A stretch of 64,000 bases of DNA, from contig NIVC01001984.1 in NCBI GenBank assembly GCA_002269645.1, forward strand, positions 124,001 through 188,000, read 5' to 3'. This DNA is from Macrostomum lignano. Lineage: Eukaryota. The notes below the pieces were generated by a model, which saw only the letters and a program-made list of their open reading frames with translations, did no database searches and was not told where the DNA came from. A program made the translations under genes and the position numbers. This document shows, piece by piece, positions 25,914 through 40,281 of this stretch (its first letter is position 1; each line of letters begins with the position of its first letter).

Positions 25914-28900
25914 ATGGACCTACCGTCGCATATTAAAAAGCCGAAGCTGTGCTCGTTAAGGAAATGGGAAAACTACGCCGGCTACGGCTTTAATCTGCAT
26001 TCCGAGAAAGGCAAAAAAGGCCAATTTATCGGCAAAGTAGATCCTAACTCGCCTGCAGATTTGGGCGGACTAAATATTTACGATGTGCTAATCGAGGTTA
26101 ACGGCATCAATGTCGGTAAGAAAGCTACACGTTTGTGAGGATGTTTTAAATGAGACTGTGGAGTTTTAAAATTACGATCAATGCTCCGTTTTTTAGAGGA
26201 CGCGTCGCACAATATTGTGGTTGGCCGGGTCAAATCGATTCCTGACCGAGTCGATCTATTTGTCTGCGACAAGGAGACCTATTCGTACTGCAAGGAGAAC
26301 GACATCAAGCTGAGCTCGGCTATGCATAATATCGACGAGCACAGCACGCCCGCCAGGCAACCGCCAGTTGAGGAACGGGTGCGTACATGTAACACATCCT
26401 ATGACTAAGCTTGCATTAGAACAGTGCTTGCTTTGTATTTAAGTCCCATGCCAGTATAAGTTCAGTACAGTTCACTCAACACAACTCTCAAGAAGAAGTC
26501 CTCGTCGCCAGAGGCTGCATCATCGACATCAGTTGACGCGGCTGCTTCGCTGCGAGCGGCCGTCGAACAGTCAGGCGGAGTCGACTATATGTACGAAGAA
26601 GTGAAACCGAGTGACCTGCCCCAGCGGTTTCGGTCTGAAGAGCCGAATGGACAGGTACTGCAGCGATTCAGCACTGACGCATGCATGATCCATCCGCCCA
26701 TTCTCACAAATAGCATACTGTTCTTAGTTCTGTTTTTTTCAGAATTGGAGGCCTTCACTTGCATTTGTTTTTTACACCTCTTCTTTACATCTCTTGGGCT
26801 TTTTTGGCGCCCCCTTTTTGGCGCCCTTTTCTTGGCGCCTCCTTCTTAGCGCCCCTTCTTGGCGCCCCCTTCTTGGCGCCTGCTTCTCTGCGCCCTCTTC
26901 TTGATGACCCCATCTCGGCCGACACCTCCAACCACCGCAAAGCCAATGTAGGCACCCAACTAACGACACGCTAAATAGCTACACTAATTTTATCTCAGTT
27001 CACTTGCTATACTTGCAAGTTCAATTCAACCTCTGTCCACCGACAGCATTCGCCGAGCTCATGCAGTTAAACTATGCATGTAATTCGCTATCGCAGACAA
27101 CGACGACGCCCAAGTGAAATCAGTGAGGACAGCAGGGCCAACTAACTGGCAGCTAATAAGTTTGTGTTGTTGCGCTCCGAGCAAAAACCAAACAGGCTTA
27201 TCGGTTCTATTTGAATTTGTTCCAGTAAGAAGTTATGCCGCTTCTCAGCCTTCTTCTTTTTCTTCTTCGACCTGGTTGGCAATCGGATTGCTCTTTCTGT
27301 AGCCAAGGCTCTGCTTCTTTCTTATCTTATCGAAGTATAAACTCTCCCCCATCGCTTATACGAGCAATTTTCTCTAGCTTGAAATGCGGGCATTCTGAAA
27401 CTTTTCGGGCCCTAACGTCATTTGAATTATTAATTATTGACTGCCTTTAAACTGTTGGGGGCCGGCCAAGCACAGATTGTGTAGGGAGGGGGGTCAGCAA
27501 CCACAGATTGTGTAGGGAGGGGGTCAGCAACCACAGATTGTGTAGGGAGGGGCTCAGCAACCACAGATTGTGTAGGGAGGGGCTCAGCAACCACAGATTG
27601 TGTAGGGAGGGGCTCAGCAACCACAGATTGTGTAGGGAGGGGGTCAGCAACCACAGATTGTGTAGGGAGGGGGTCAGCAACCACAGATTGTGTAGGGAGG
27701 GGGTCAGCAACCACAGATTGTGTAGGGAGAGGGGTCAGCAACCACAGGCTGTGTAGCCATTGATTGTGTTGGCAGTTTATTTCAATTTCAAATGTCTCCA
27801 AATTTTCAAAGGCTGTCGCATATTGTCGTGAAAAGCTTGAAAAACTTTTGAGTTCAACACAGCACTGGCAACAACGAAAGATAACGGAAGACACAGCTAT
27901 ACTCTGCCTCTGTGCAATGCCATATAAGCTTAATGCCCTCTTGTTGAAGACGCAGTCAAATGACATAATTTTTACCAAGAGTCAACCGTTGTCCATTCTC
28001 CTTTGTTAAGTTTTCGACTTTTTGCTGGAAAAAGTTGTTGCCATGGCTAAGATAAGCTTGATTATAAGCATATACCTACATGTATTTTAGGTATAAATTG
28101 TTAAATTTGCTACTTATAAACGTTTATGAGTAGGATATTTTGATTAGAGACGGAATAATTGATAATGTATATTATTACGAGTTTGCATAAATTAGAACAT
28201 TACATCATTCCATGCATGGTAGACAGTAACATGGATATTAACTGTTAAATAACTAATGTGACCCAGACATCCTGGGTGATACCTGTTAGACATCCTGGAT
28301 GATACCTGTCAGACATCCAGGGTGATACCTGTTAGACATCCTGGATGATACCTGTCAGACATCCAGGGTGATACCTGTTAGACATCCTGGATGATACCTG
28401 TCAGACACCCAGGGTGATACCTGTTAGACATCCTGGATGATACCTGTCAGACACCCAGGGTGATACCTGTTAGACATCCAGGGTGATACCTGTTAGACAT
28501 CCAGGGTGATACCTGTTCGACTTTGCGGGTGGCATCTGCTACACATCAAAGGTGATACCCCATAGATGCAAAGGTTGGCACCTGTTTGAAATTAAAAGCA
28601 ATAACTATTAATCATCAATGTTGTGTATTCGTAAAACGTACAACGTTCAGCAGCAGTTTCTGGCTACCGCTTCTCCCCTCTCAATTAAATTTCATTCAGC
28701 GCGAATCCGACCGGAGCTCAAAAACGGCTACTCCGCCGCCTTCGTTCTCCGCTGCTGCGGCTCCAGTCGCTGCTGCCGCGGCCGTCGCCGCCCCTGCCGC
28801 TGCCGCTGCTCCAACTTCTTCGGCCAGTCCACCCGCTTATCCGACCCCTCAGCAGCAGCAGCAGCAACAACCGAAGTCGCAGCCACCGCCGAAGGAGCAG

Positions 28901-29056
28901 CAGCAACAACAGAAGCAGAAGAGCAACGGCGGCGATCCAGTTGGCGACGTTAGCCTTGAAGAAGTTCGCAGCCGAATCGGTCAAAACAAGCGCAACCAAG
29001 TGAAGATGAATAGCGGCACCTTCTCGGAGAAGTATAGCATGTTCGAGTCGCTCTAA
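25914..29056 (+). CDS. NHERF/EBP50-like single-PDZ adaptor; predicted exons 25914-26115, 26197-26378, 26466-26654 (less certain), 28700-29056
   Basis: PDZ KLCSLRKW..GYGFNLHSEKGKKGQFIGKVDPNSPADLGGL..LIEVNGINV|EDASHNIVVGRVK..VDLFVCDKET. The C-terminus KRNQVKMNSGTFSEKYSMFESL* resembles the EBP50 ERM-binding tail (KRAPQMDWSKKNELFSNL). All intron phases are compatible. Confidence 0.85.
27470..27750. repeat. 30-bp minisatellite (CAACCACAGATTGTGTAGGGAGGGGGTCAG)
   Basis: About 9 tandem units in the NHERF-like intron. Confidence 0.95.
28262..28520. repeat. 23-bp minisatellite with alternating A/B units (GACATCCTGGATGATACCTGTCA / GACATCCAGGGTGATACCTGTTA)
   Basis: Alternation produces a 46-bp dimer period. 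Confidence 0.92.
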
Positions 29057-29124
29057 CTGTCTAGATTGATATTATTTGAACAACCTAACACCGACTTCAC
29101 AATTGGGTTGGAGTTTTATTGCAA

Positions 29125-29430
29125 ATGGAGTGGGGTGGTTGTGCGTGCGCGAGGGTTTTATAGCCAGGGGAGTGGGGTGGTTGTGCGTGCGCGAGGGTTT
29201 TATAGTCAGGGGAGTGGGGTGGCTGTGCGTGCGCGAGGGTTTTATAGCCAGGGGAGTGGGGTGGTTGTGCGTGCGCGAGGGTTTTATAGCCAGGGAGTGG
29301 GGTGGCTGTGCGTGCGCGAGGGTTTTATAGCCAGGGAGTGAGGTGTCTGTGCGTGCGCAGGGAGTTTTATAGTCACGGGAGTGGGGTGTTTGTAACGTCC
29401 AGAGGAGGTTTTACAGCCAGGGAAGTGGGG
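29125..29430. repeat. 42-bp G-rich minisatellite (GGGGAGTGGGGTGGTTGTGCGTGCGCGAGGGTTTTATAGCCA)
   Basis: About 5 good units, decaying 3'. Confidence 0.92.
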
Positions 29431-29995
29431 TGGTACCCACAACAACCGTTCGTGGGGGAGGGGTATTATGGGAGTAGGTTTTTTAAGTGTGCTCGAGGGG
29501 GGTTTATGCCCAATTCTTTTGTCCATGTGCTACTTTTGAAACTCGTTTATTAATTAATAGCTATTACTAAAAAGCCGATATGCTACACGATAATTACTCT
29601 AAATGTATCCGATAAGTCTGGCAAAGCACATTTTATAACTGTATTCAAAGTCTTTGATGATATTTCACTACACAACTTGAAGTTCTGCAATCAAAGTACT
29701 GCAGCTTTTGCCCTAGTTTCCGAACGCTTTGGAAAGCCATGTACTTTTCTTTGTTGTTTCGAGTTACCGTTCCAACTCTGGATGTATTGACTGCAACGTA
29801 ACTAGACTAAATATTGTGCCAATTAAAGAACAAAAAAATCGAACCTAATAATGCATATAAATTTTCCATTAAAACTATTCTGCTGCAAAATGACTACTAA
29901 AGCACTTGTAAAACATTATTTTCAGCAATATAAACACTTCAATTGATTGTCGAGGCCGCTTAAATGTGAACGAAACATGGATTGGTTAATAAAGA

Positions 29996-30219
<224 letters not shown>

Positions 30220-30879
30220 CACAAATTAGCTCATAACAATCAGAGAAGAACTTATACCTTTTTACTCTGGCTTCTCTCCATCTACTTACCGCAGAGAACG
30301 CACGGCTCGCAAGCAGATTAAACCCACGCCATCTCAGGTGCTAGAAGCTGTACATGTAGCATTTTAGCCAGCCTGGTGGCAACAAGCGGAGGAAAGCAGT
30401 TAAAAAGTAGCTGCAAAGCAGGTGCACCGCGCAGCTGTCCAAATTCTTCCCCGGGAATATTTGCTCTGCCATATTGCACCGCTGCATCGAGTGTTTCCAG
30501 CCTCACAGCTCTCCACTCTGCATCCCTTCCTAACAAGACTCATCAGGCGGGTCGTCTGTCGCAGAAACCCCCCCCCCCTGACTCAAACTAGCCCTTCTAG
30601 GTGCCTTCTCACGTCTCACTCAGTTATCCCCTGTCATCATCTCTCTTCCCTCTTATTTTTCCTTTTGCGATTCAATCTGCTTCTAGCTTTGAAGGCCGAA
30701 GACGTTTCATTGGTCAGGAGGCCTTTGCCCCTCCGCTCCCCTTCAATATCTTTTCTGTATGCAGCACGCAAGCAGTTTTCTGTTTAAAGACACACAAGAT
30801 CGACTCTTTAACGAACTCGGCAACAAAGGAGACTTGTCAGTCCAAGCATTTCGACCGCATTCACAGCTAGTAAAACACA

Positions 30880-32235
30880 ATGAGCAACGAGACTGGCTGC
30901 ATCACCATGGAGTACCTCACCTCACCTCACTTCATCGCTCAGACCTGCAGTCTCGGCATTGTCAACATCATCATCATATTCGGGAACATCCTGGTTGTGC
31001 TGGCCGCCTGCACATCGGCGAAGCTGCAGACCGCTCTGACCAGCACGTTCGTGGTGAGTTTGGCCACCAGCGACCTTCTGCTGGGCCTCCTGGTACTGCC
31101 GTTCTCCATCGCCTACCAGGTGCTTCTGAAGCATTGGATCTTCAGCAGATGGTGGTGTCAAATCTGGTTGGCCGTAGACGTGTGGACCTGCACTGCCTCG
31201 ATCCTGAACCTGGTTGTCATCAGCCTAGACCGCTACCTGAGCCTGCGTCACCCGCTGAAGTATCCGAAGCTGATGAACCGGCGTCGAGCACGACTTCTAG
31301 TTGCTAGCGTCTGGATTCTGGCCTTCGCCATCAGCCTGCCAACCCTGTTCAAACTGTTCCTGCAGAACTCCTCACTGACTGATGAAAGCTCCGATTCCAG
31401 CAGCAACAGCAGCAGCAGCAATGAAAGCTTGCTGTGCCTAGACTTGGGTCAGCAGTGCACCATCGCGCACAGCACGCCTCTGTACATCGTCTACTCCGCC
31501 CTGGGCTCCTTCTTCCTTCCCCTGCTGGTCATGATCTACTTCTACTTGCACATCTTCGCCTCAGTGCACCGGACTCTCAAAGCCGGACGCAGGGGCGTCT
31601 TGGCCAGCCGAGAGAGCGCCGCTCAACACGGAGAGCTGCGAATCCACCGAGGCGGCGGCGGCGGAGGCACCTCGTCCGGAGCAGCGAACTACAGCGGAGG
31701 CGCTGGAGTCTCCATCGTCAGTCGACGGGTCCGCTTGGTAAAGAACTCGCAGCAGCAGCAGCAGCAGCAGCAGCAGAATCTGCAGGTGCCTCCGGCCGCC
31801 AACACCAGCCGCAAGGCTTCATGGAACACCCTGATCAACGTGGCCACAAAGTACGCCCCGTTCTCCGGTCGCTACGGACGCGAACTGAAAGCGGCTCGAA
31901 TGCTGGCAATCATCTGTGTCACGTTCATTGGCTGCTGGGCCCCGTTCTTCTCGGTGTACTTGTTCGGCGCCTTCTGCCAGGACTGCGTTGCTCCACTGAC
32001 CTTTGATGTCTGCTTCTGGTTGGGCTACGTCAATAGCGCGCTGAATCCGTTTATCTACGCGCTGTTCTCGGCGGATTACCGGCGAGCGTTCAAGACGCTG
32101 GTGCTGCGAAGGCAGCGCAGAGCCTATCAAACCATCCGCCAACTGGCTCGGGGCGGCCTGCGAGGCATCGAGGTGGTGACGGCTGCTCAGGCCACGGCGA
32201 CAGCCTCGTTTAGCCTGGCTGGGAAAAGTAGTTAA
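30880..32235 (+). CDS. Intronless class A aminergic GPCR, octopamine (OAMB/alpha-like) or invertebrate dopamine (INDR)-type, 451 aa
   Basis: Seven hydrophobic segments; GNILV, SLATSDLLLGLLVLPFS, TM3 amine-binding Asp in DVWTCTASILNLVVISLDRY, TM5 SALGSFFLP, LRIHRGG in ICL3, CWAPFF, FWLGYVNSALNPFIYA. Confidence 0.93.
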   Translation: MSNETGCITMEYLTSPHFIAQTCSLGIVNIIIIFGNILVVLAACTSAKLQTALTSTFVVSLATSDLLLGLLVLPFSIAYQVLLKHWIFSRWWCQIWLAVDVWTCTASILNLVVISLDRYLSLRHPLKYPKLMNRRRARLLVASVWILAFAISLPTLFKLFLQNSSLTDESSDSSSNSSSSNESLLCLDLGQQCTIAHSTPLYIVYSALGSFFLPLLVMIYFYLHIFASVHRTLKAGRRGVLASRESAAQHGELRIHRGGGGGGTSSGAANYSGGAGVSIVSRRVRLVKNSQQQQQQQQQNLQVPPAANTSRKASWNTLINVATKYAPFSGRYGRELKAARMLAIICVTFIGCWAPFFSVYLFGAFCQDCVAPLTFDVCFWLGYVNSALNPFIYALFSADYRRAFKTLVLRRQRRAYQTIRQLARGGLRGIEVVTAAQATATASFSLAGKSS

Positions 32236-32387
32236 GCAGATCAGTGGCGTACGCAGCAGGGGAGGGTCAGCGGTCCGCGGCCCTCCCCCCATAAAAACTC
32301 ACTCCCCCGAAACTACCATTAATGAAAAAGGCAACCAAACTGAACGACTGACAGTCGTAGGTCAACTTCGACCAACTCTTGGGCCTG

Positions 32388-32815
32388 GCCTCCATGAGAC
32401 AGGGATGCCTCCATGAGACAGGGATGCCTCCATGAGACAGGGATGCCTCCATGAGACAGGGATGCCTCCATGAGACAGGGATGCCTCCATGAGACAGGGA
32501 TGCCTCCAAGAGACAGGGATGCCTCCATGAGACAGGAATGCCTCCATGAGACAGGGATGCCTCCATGAGACAGGGATGCCTCCATGAGACAGGGATACCT
32601 CCAAGAGACAGGGATACCTCCATGAGACAGCGATGCCCACCAAGAGACAGGGATGCCTTCATGAGACAGGGATGCCTCCATGAGACAGGGATGCCTCCAA
32701 GAGACAGGGATGCCTCCATGAGACAGGGATGCCTCCAAGAGACAGGGATGCCTCCATGAGACAGGGGTGCCCACCAAGAGACAGGGGCGCCCACCAAGAG
32801 ACAAGGGCGCCAACA
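32388..32815. repeat. 19-bp minisatellite (CCATGAGACAGGGATGCCT)
   Basis: About 22 tandem units. Confidence 0.95.
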
Positions 32816-33165
32816 ATGAGACATCAAATATTGTCACCACTTTGGGTTGCAGCCCCTCCAATTAAAATTTCTGCGTAAGCCACTAAGGGAGAAAGTTGCT
32901 AACAGAGTCTACTTGAGAAGTACTCAAACTTGTTGAGACAGTTCTTTTAAAACAAGACAAAATATTTTGATTTCAATTGACAAAGAAATCCGTTGTCTCG
33001 TATCGCACAAATTCTCTGAAATATGTAACTTTTTTACTTTGTTTTCCTGCACGCGAAATATGTCAATTGCTTGTACTTTTCTTGCTGTCGTCTTTAAACT
33101 TGACTCATTTTATCATCATGTTTAGTTGACTAATTTTAGTCTATCTTTGACTTATTCTCACCTAT

Positions 33166-33970
33166 CTAATGACTCATTCTCGTGTGTTCCTGACTCATTC
33201 TGATGTGTTCCTGACTCATTCTGATGTGTTCCTGACTCATTCTGATGTGTTCATGACTCATTCTGATGTGTTCCTGACTCATTCTGATGTGTTCCTGACT
33301 CATTCTGATGTGTTCCTGACTCATTCTGATGTGTTCCTGACTCATTCTCATGTGTTCCTGACTCATTCTGATGTGTTCATGACTCATTCTGATGTGTTCC
33401 TGACTCATTCTGATGTGTTCCTGACTCATTCTCGTGTGTTCCTGACTCATTCTGATGTGTTCCTGACTCATTCTCATGTGTTCCTGACTCATTCTCATGT
33501 GTTCCTGACTCATTCTCGTGTGTTCCTGACTCATTCTCATGTGTTCCTGACTCATTCTGATGTGTTCCTGACTCATTCTCATGTGTTCCTGACTCATTCT
33601 CGTGTGTTCCTGACTCATTCTGATGTGTTCCTGACTCATTCTCATGTGTTCCTGACTCATTCTCATGTGTTCCTGACTCATTCTGATGTGTTCCTGACTC
33701 ATTCTCATGTGTTCCTGACTCATTCTCGTGTGTTCCTGACTCATTCTGATGTGTTCCTGACTCATTCTGATGTGTTCCTGACTCATTCTGATGTGTTCAT
33801 GACTCATTCTCATGTGTTCCTGACTCATTCTCGTGTGTTCCTGACTCATTCTGATGTGTTCCTGACTCATTCTGATGTGTTCATGACTCATTCTCGTGTG
33901 TTCCTGACTCATTCTGATGTGTTCATGACTCATTCTCGTGTGTTCCTGACTCATTCTCGCCTGTTCCTGA
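33166..33970. repeat. 21-bp minisatellite (TGACTCATTCTGATGTGTTCC)
   Basis: About 38 units; the variant position alternates GAT/CAT/CGT. Confidence 0.97.
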
Positions 33971-34334
33971 CTCTTTATCACATGTTCTTGACTCATTCTC
34001 AATTTTGTTTTAAATCTTGTCTGACTCAAAATTTTGTATCAATATCTGTGAAGTTAAAAAATTTTTACCTTTTTTAAAAAATATTACTTTTCAAAAAAGA
34101 TTATTCAATTTTTTTGCACCACAACATCGATCTTTTTCGATCAACAAGCTAAAAATATTTACAAAAATTTCTATATAAAATGCACAAACCTACATTCTGC
34201 AGACACATAGCAATATACCATAATCGATCATTTTCGTTGTAAAGAAAAAATGTTTTGAAAAAATATCGAATTGGGATTAAAATTCGAGTTCTGCTGTTAT
34301 TTTCCGCAGATTGCGTCTAAACAACCGTCTCAAC

Positions 34335-35762
34335 TGGCGTCATGGCGCCACTCTCAACTGAAATGGCGCCCCTCTCAACTGAAATGGCGCCACTCTCAAC
34401 TGAAATGGCGTCACTCTCAACTGAAATGGCGCCACTCTCAACTGAAATGGCGTCACTCTCAACTAAAATGGCGCCACTCTCAACTGAAATGGCGTCACTC
34501 TCAACTAAAATGGCGCCACTCTCAACTGAAATGGCGCCACTCTCAACTGAAATGGCGTCACTCTCAACTGAAATGGCGCCACTCTCAACTGAAATGGCGT
34601 CACTCTCAACTAAAATGGCGCCACTCTCAACTGAAATGGCGCCACTCTCAACTGAAATGGCGCCACTCTCAACTGACATGGCGCCACTCTCAACTGACAT
34701 GGCGACACTCTCAACTGACATGGCGCCACTCTCAAATGACATGGCGCCACTCTCAACTGAAATGGCGCCACTCTCAACTGACATGGCGCCACTCTCAACT
34801 GACATGGCGCCACTCTCAACTGACATGGCGACACTCTCAACTGACATGGCGCCACTCTCAACTGAAATGGCGCCACTCTCAACTGACATGGCGCCACTCT
34901 CAACTGACATGGCGCCACTCTCAACTGAAATGGCGCCACTCTCAACTGACATGGCGCCACTCTCAACTGAAATGGCGCCACTCTCAACTGAAATGGCGCC
35001 ACTCTCAACTGACATGGCGCCACTCTCAACTGACATGGCGCCACTCTCAACTGACATGGCGCCACTCTCAACTGAAATGGCGCCACTCTCAACTGACATG
35101 GCGCCACTCTCAACTGAAATGGCGCCACTCTCAACTGAAATGGCGCCACTCTCAACTGACATGGCGCCACTCTCAACTGACATGGCGCCACTCTCAAATG
35201 ACATGGCGCCACTCTCAACTAAAATGGCGCCACTCTCAACTGACATGGCGCCACTCTCAACTGAAATGGCGCCACTCTCAACTGACATGGCGCCACCCAA
35301 AACTGAAATGGCGCCACTCTCAACTAAAATGGTGCCACTCTCAACTGACATGGCGCCACTCTTAAATGACATGGCGCCACTCTCAACTAAAATGGTGCCA
35401 CTCTCAACTGACATGGCGCCACTCTTAAATGACATGGCGCCACTCTCAACTAAAATGGTGCCACTCTCAACTGACATGGCGCCACTCTTAAATGACATGG
35501 TGCCACTCTCAACTGACATGGCGCCACTCTCAACTAAAATGGCGCCACTCTCAAATGACATGGTGCCACTCTCAACTGACATGGTGCCACTCTCAACTGA
35601 AATGGCGCCACTCTCAAATGACATGGCGCCACTCTCAACTGAAATGGCGCCACTCTCAACTGACATGGCGCCACTCTCAACTGAAATGGCGCCACTCTCA
35701 AATGACATGGCGCCACCCAAAACTGAAATGGCGCCACTCTCAACTAAAATGGCGCCACTCTT
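34335..35762. repeat. 21-bp minisatellite (ACTGAAATGGCGCCACTCTCA)
   Basis: About 68 units with polarised variants (AAATG at 5', ACATG in the middle, GGTGCC at 3'). Confidence 0.97.
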
Positions 35763-36289
35763 AACTTTCTGAATTTGAAATTTGAGATATTCTGAAATAT
35801 GACGAGACGGCAACGCCAGTTCTTTATGAAGTCGCATCTGCTGTTGCGCTGGCTATTTGGCAGAGAATTTCCGATTCGATCTGCCCAGGGTAACAGGATT
35901 CTCTCCTACGCTGACCAAGTAAGTTCGCGGTTAATCCCGACAAAACACTCCTCGACGATTACTGGAGCGTGTAAAAAGAGTTAGCAGGACCCGAGTCGGC
36001 CTCTCTTTGCCAAGAAACTCTGCGCTGGTCACTTCGTGCATTTGAGCAAGAATATCTCACCCTTGGGGGATCAGGGTGAGATGAGGAAGATGGGGAGAGA
36101 GGGAGAGAGAAAGACAGGCAGCTCGGCATAAAAATTAGCCTCATCCTTGTGAGCAGTCCAGCCTCCTCCCCCCCTCGACAGATGAGGCAGCTGACAGTGA
36201 GAACTGCAAAAAACAGTCCCATGTAGCTTAACTAATTTAGTGAGGGGTGAGGGGTTGGGTTTAGGAGATGAGGCCTAGCATCTTCCGTT

Positions 36290-36870
36290 ACTATGGAGAT
36301 GGAGCTTGAGACGGAGAAGGAGACAGAAGAGAGAGATAGAGAGTGAGACAGTGAGATGGAGAGGGAGACAAAAGGAAGAGATAGAGCGTGAGACGGTGAG
36401 ATGGGGAGAGAGAGGGAGAGATAGAGAGTGAGACAGTGAGATGGAGAGGGAGAGAGAGGGGGAGATAGAGAGTGAGACAGTGAGATGGAGAGGGAGAGAG
36501 AGGGGGAGATAGAGAGTGAGACAGTGAGATGGAGAGGGAGAGAGAGGGGGAGATAGAGAGTGAGACGATGAGATGGAGAGGGAGAGAGAGGGGGAGATAG
36601 AGAGTGAGACAGTGAGATGGAAAGGGAGACAAAAGGAAGAGATAGAGCGTGAGACGGTGAGATGGGGAGAGAGAGGGAGAGATAGAGAGTGAGACAGTGA
36701 GATGGAGAGGGAGAGAGAGGAGAGAGGAGAGAGTGAGATAGAGAGGGAGAGAGTGGAGAGAGGAGGAAGTGAGATGGAGAGGGAGAGAGGAGAGAGGAGA
36801 GAGTGAGATGGAGAGGGAGAGAGAGGAGAGAGGAGAGAATGAGATGGAGAGGGAGAGAGGAGAGACAATG
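36290..36870. repeat. Polypurine GA-rich repeat with a ~42-bp higher period
   Basis: Recurrent GAGATAGAGAGTGAGACAGTGAGATGGAGAGGGAGAGAGAGG units. Confidence 0.88.
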
Positions 36871-37264
36871 AGAGTGAGGTGCTCAGGCTTGAATATCCGT
36901 CAGTCAAGAAGCATATCACGACAAGAGTCTGTTTTACTTACACTGCAGTTGACAGTAAAAACTTTAGAAAAATAAAAGAGCTTCTAAGTGGTCTTCAAAA
37001 CAGAACAGAGCTAGCAGAACAGTAGAAGATTTCAGAGTGATTTGCTTGTTGAAACGATTCAAAATTACCCCTTTGAGCTGGTTCGCTTTGCTACCTTAAG
37101 TGTCTCTCAAGATATGCGGGCATTCTTGGATTTTCAGTAGGCATTTCTATGAAACTCATACTTTTTCTTTTAATCGTCAGCTTTAAGGCCAGTGGGTGAA
37201 CTTACTGCTGTTTATTTGTATAAGGTTAAAAACCCCTAGCTTTTCTAACAAGTTAAACACTCCT

Positions 37265-38030
37265 CTTTTATAACAGGCTAACTAACCCTCGTGTCTAACA
37301 GGTTAAACATCACTCATGTCTAACAGGTTAAACATCACTCATGTCTAACAGGTTAAACATCACTCATGTCTAACAGGTTAAACATCACTCATGTCTAACA
37401 GGTTAAACATCACTCATGTCTAACAGGTTAAACATCACTCATGTCTAACAGGTTAAACATCACTCATGTCTAACAGGTTAAACATCACTCATGTCTAACA
37501 GGTTAAACATCACTCATGTCTAACAGGTTAAACATCACTCATGTCTAACAGGTTAAACATCACTCATGTCTAACAGGTTAAACATCACTCATGTCTAACA
37601 GGTTAAACATCACTCATGTCTAACAGGTTAAACATCACTCATGTCTAACAGGTTAAACATCACTCATGTCTAACAGGTTAAACATCACTCATGTCTAACA
37701 GGTTAAACATCACTCATGTCTAACAGGTTAAACATCACTCATGTCTAACAGGTTAAACATAACTCATGTCTAACAGGTTAAACATAACTCATGTCTAACA
37801 GGTTAAACACCATCGTGTCTAACAGGTTAAACACCATCGTGTCTAACAGGTTAAACACCTCTCGTCTCTAACAGGTTTAACATCCCTCGTGTCTAAAAGA
37901 TTTAACACCACTCGTGTCAAACAGATTAAACAATCCTCGTATCTAACAGGCTAACTAACCCTCGTGTCTAACAGGTCAAACATCTCTCGTGTCTAACAGG
38001 TCAAACATCTCTCGTGTCTAACAGGTTAAA
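37265..38030. repeat. 25-bp minisatellite (GTCTAACAGGTTAAACATCACTCAT)
   Basis: About 18 identical units, with degenerate flanking units. Confidence 0.97.
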
Positions 38031-38509
38031 CACCGCCTCAAAGCAACGATAACATCCTAAAAAGCAGCATATACTCCATCCATCTATGCAAGACAGCAGA
38101 TGCAATGGGAAGTCTAATGGGAACATTGCGTGCCGCCCCTAGCCCGCCAGCCACTTTGTAATTAACGCTGCAAAATTAGCGTTGCTGACGCTGAGACTCA
38201 AGAGAGATCATTAGCAAAATTGATGTCGCTGAAGCGTGAGTTCAGGTGGAGAAAAACTATGACTTTCTGCAGCTGACGGACGGTTTTTGAGACTCAGGGA
38301 GAAAATGAGAAAAACAGAAGGCCATGTGCAACTCTTTCCAGTACTCACCTTTCCTTATTTTTTGCATGATAATTCCTGGAAAATGCTGACAGCTGGCTGT
38401 TCGACACACACGACTTGACTATGATAATAACTCAATAAGAGATGCTAGTGAAAGTAGACTTAAGAGAGGTAGACTCAAAAAAGAGAAAGGTAGACTAATA
38501 GGAGTGTGA

Positions 38510-38976
<467 letters not shown>

Positions 38977-39114
38977 GGAGAGAAAGAGTGAGAGAGAGAG
39001 AGAGAGAAAGAGAGAGACTCACAACTGAGAGAAGTAGACTCACAAGACAGACGTAGAATCAAGAAGAATATTCCAACTTTAGAACAAGCAAGTATAGTTT
39101 AAGGATTCTCATAT

Positions 39115-39560
39115 CAACCGGCTGTCTAGCATGTGCAACCGGCTGTCTAGCATGTGCAACCGGCTGTCTAGCATGTGCAACTGGCTGTCTAGCATGTGCA
39201 ACTGGCTGTCTAGCATGTGCAACTGGCTGTCTAGCATGTGCAACTGGCTGTCTAGCATGTGCAACTGGCTGTCTAGCATGTGCAACCGGCTGTCTAGCAT
39301 GTGCAACTGGCTGTCTAGCATGTGCAACCGGCTGTCTAGCATGTGCAACTGGCTGTCTAGCATGTGCAACCGGCTGTCTAGCATGTGCAACTGGCTGTCT
39401 AGCATGTGCAACCGGCTGTCTAGCATGTGCAACTGGCTGTCTAGCATGTGCAACCGGCTGTCTAGCATGTGCAACCGGCTGTCTAGCATGTGCAACCGGC
39501 TGTCTAGCATGTGCAACTGGCTGTCTAGCATGTGCAACTGGCTGTCTAGCATGTGCAACT
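39115..39560. repeat. 21-bp minisatellite (GGCTGTCTAGCATGTGCAACY)
   Basis: About 21 units differing only by C/T. Confidence 0.97.
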
Positions 39561-40002
39561 GACCAGCATGCCCACACTTAGGCAGAGCTGTCGGCTTTAT
39601 TATCACTGGATCAAAAAGCTAACAAGAGTGCAGCTGTCTCTCTTCTCTCCATCTGCAGAATCTGCTGAAGACTGCAATCATCATCCCTTCATTACTGTTA
39701 GCGTAACGCGAACCTACCTCACCTACACTGGGAGCTTATTAGCCTTAGTATCCCTGTGTTGCCTTTTCTTCTACAGCGGCTATCCTCTATATTATTCACG
39801 ACTCATCCGGCGCACGGTGCAACTGCCCTGACCCGGCTGAAGATATAAAGGATGCCGTCAGCTCATCAATTACCGAATTAGAGACTGTCGGAGAGGGGTT
39901 TGAAAGGCGGATGGGAGGAGAAGATAATAATAGGGGATGCCGGATTCTGTGATAGGGGCTCGGCTGCATGGGGATTGCTGAGGTCACGGTGACGGACTCA
40001 CT

Positions 40003-40281
<279 letters not shown>

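Noticed and set aside
25914-29056. Single-PDZ NHERF as a novelty
   Set aside because: Single-PDZ ERM-binding NHERF-like proteins are already known in invertebrates (e.g. Drosophila Sip1).
33166-35837. MSQEHIR, MAPLSTE, WRHSQL and VESGAMS repeat ORFs
   Set aside because: 21-bp arrays open in most frames; no splice or start context.
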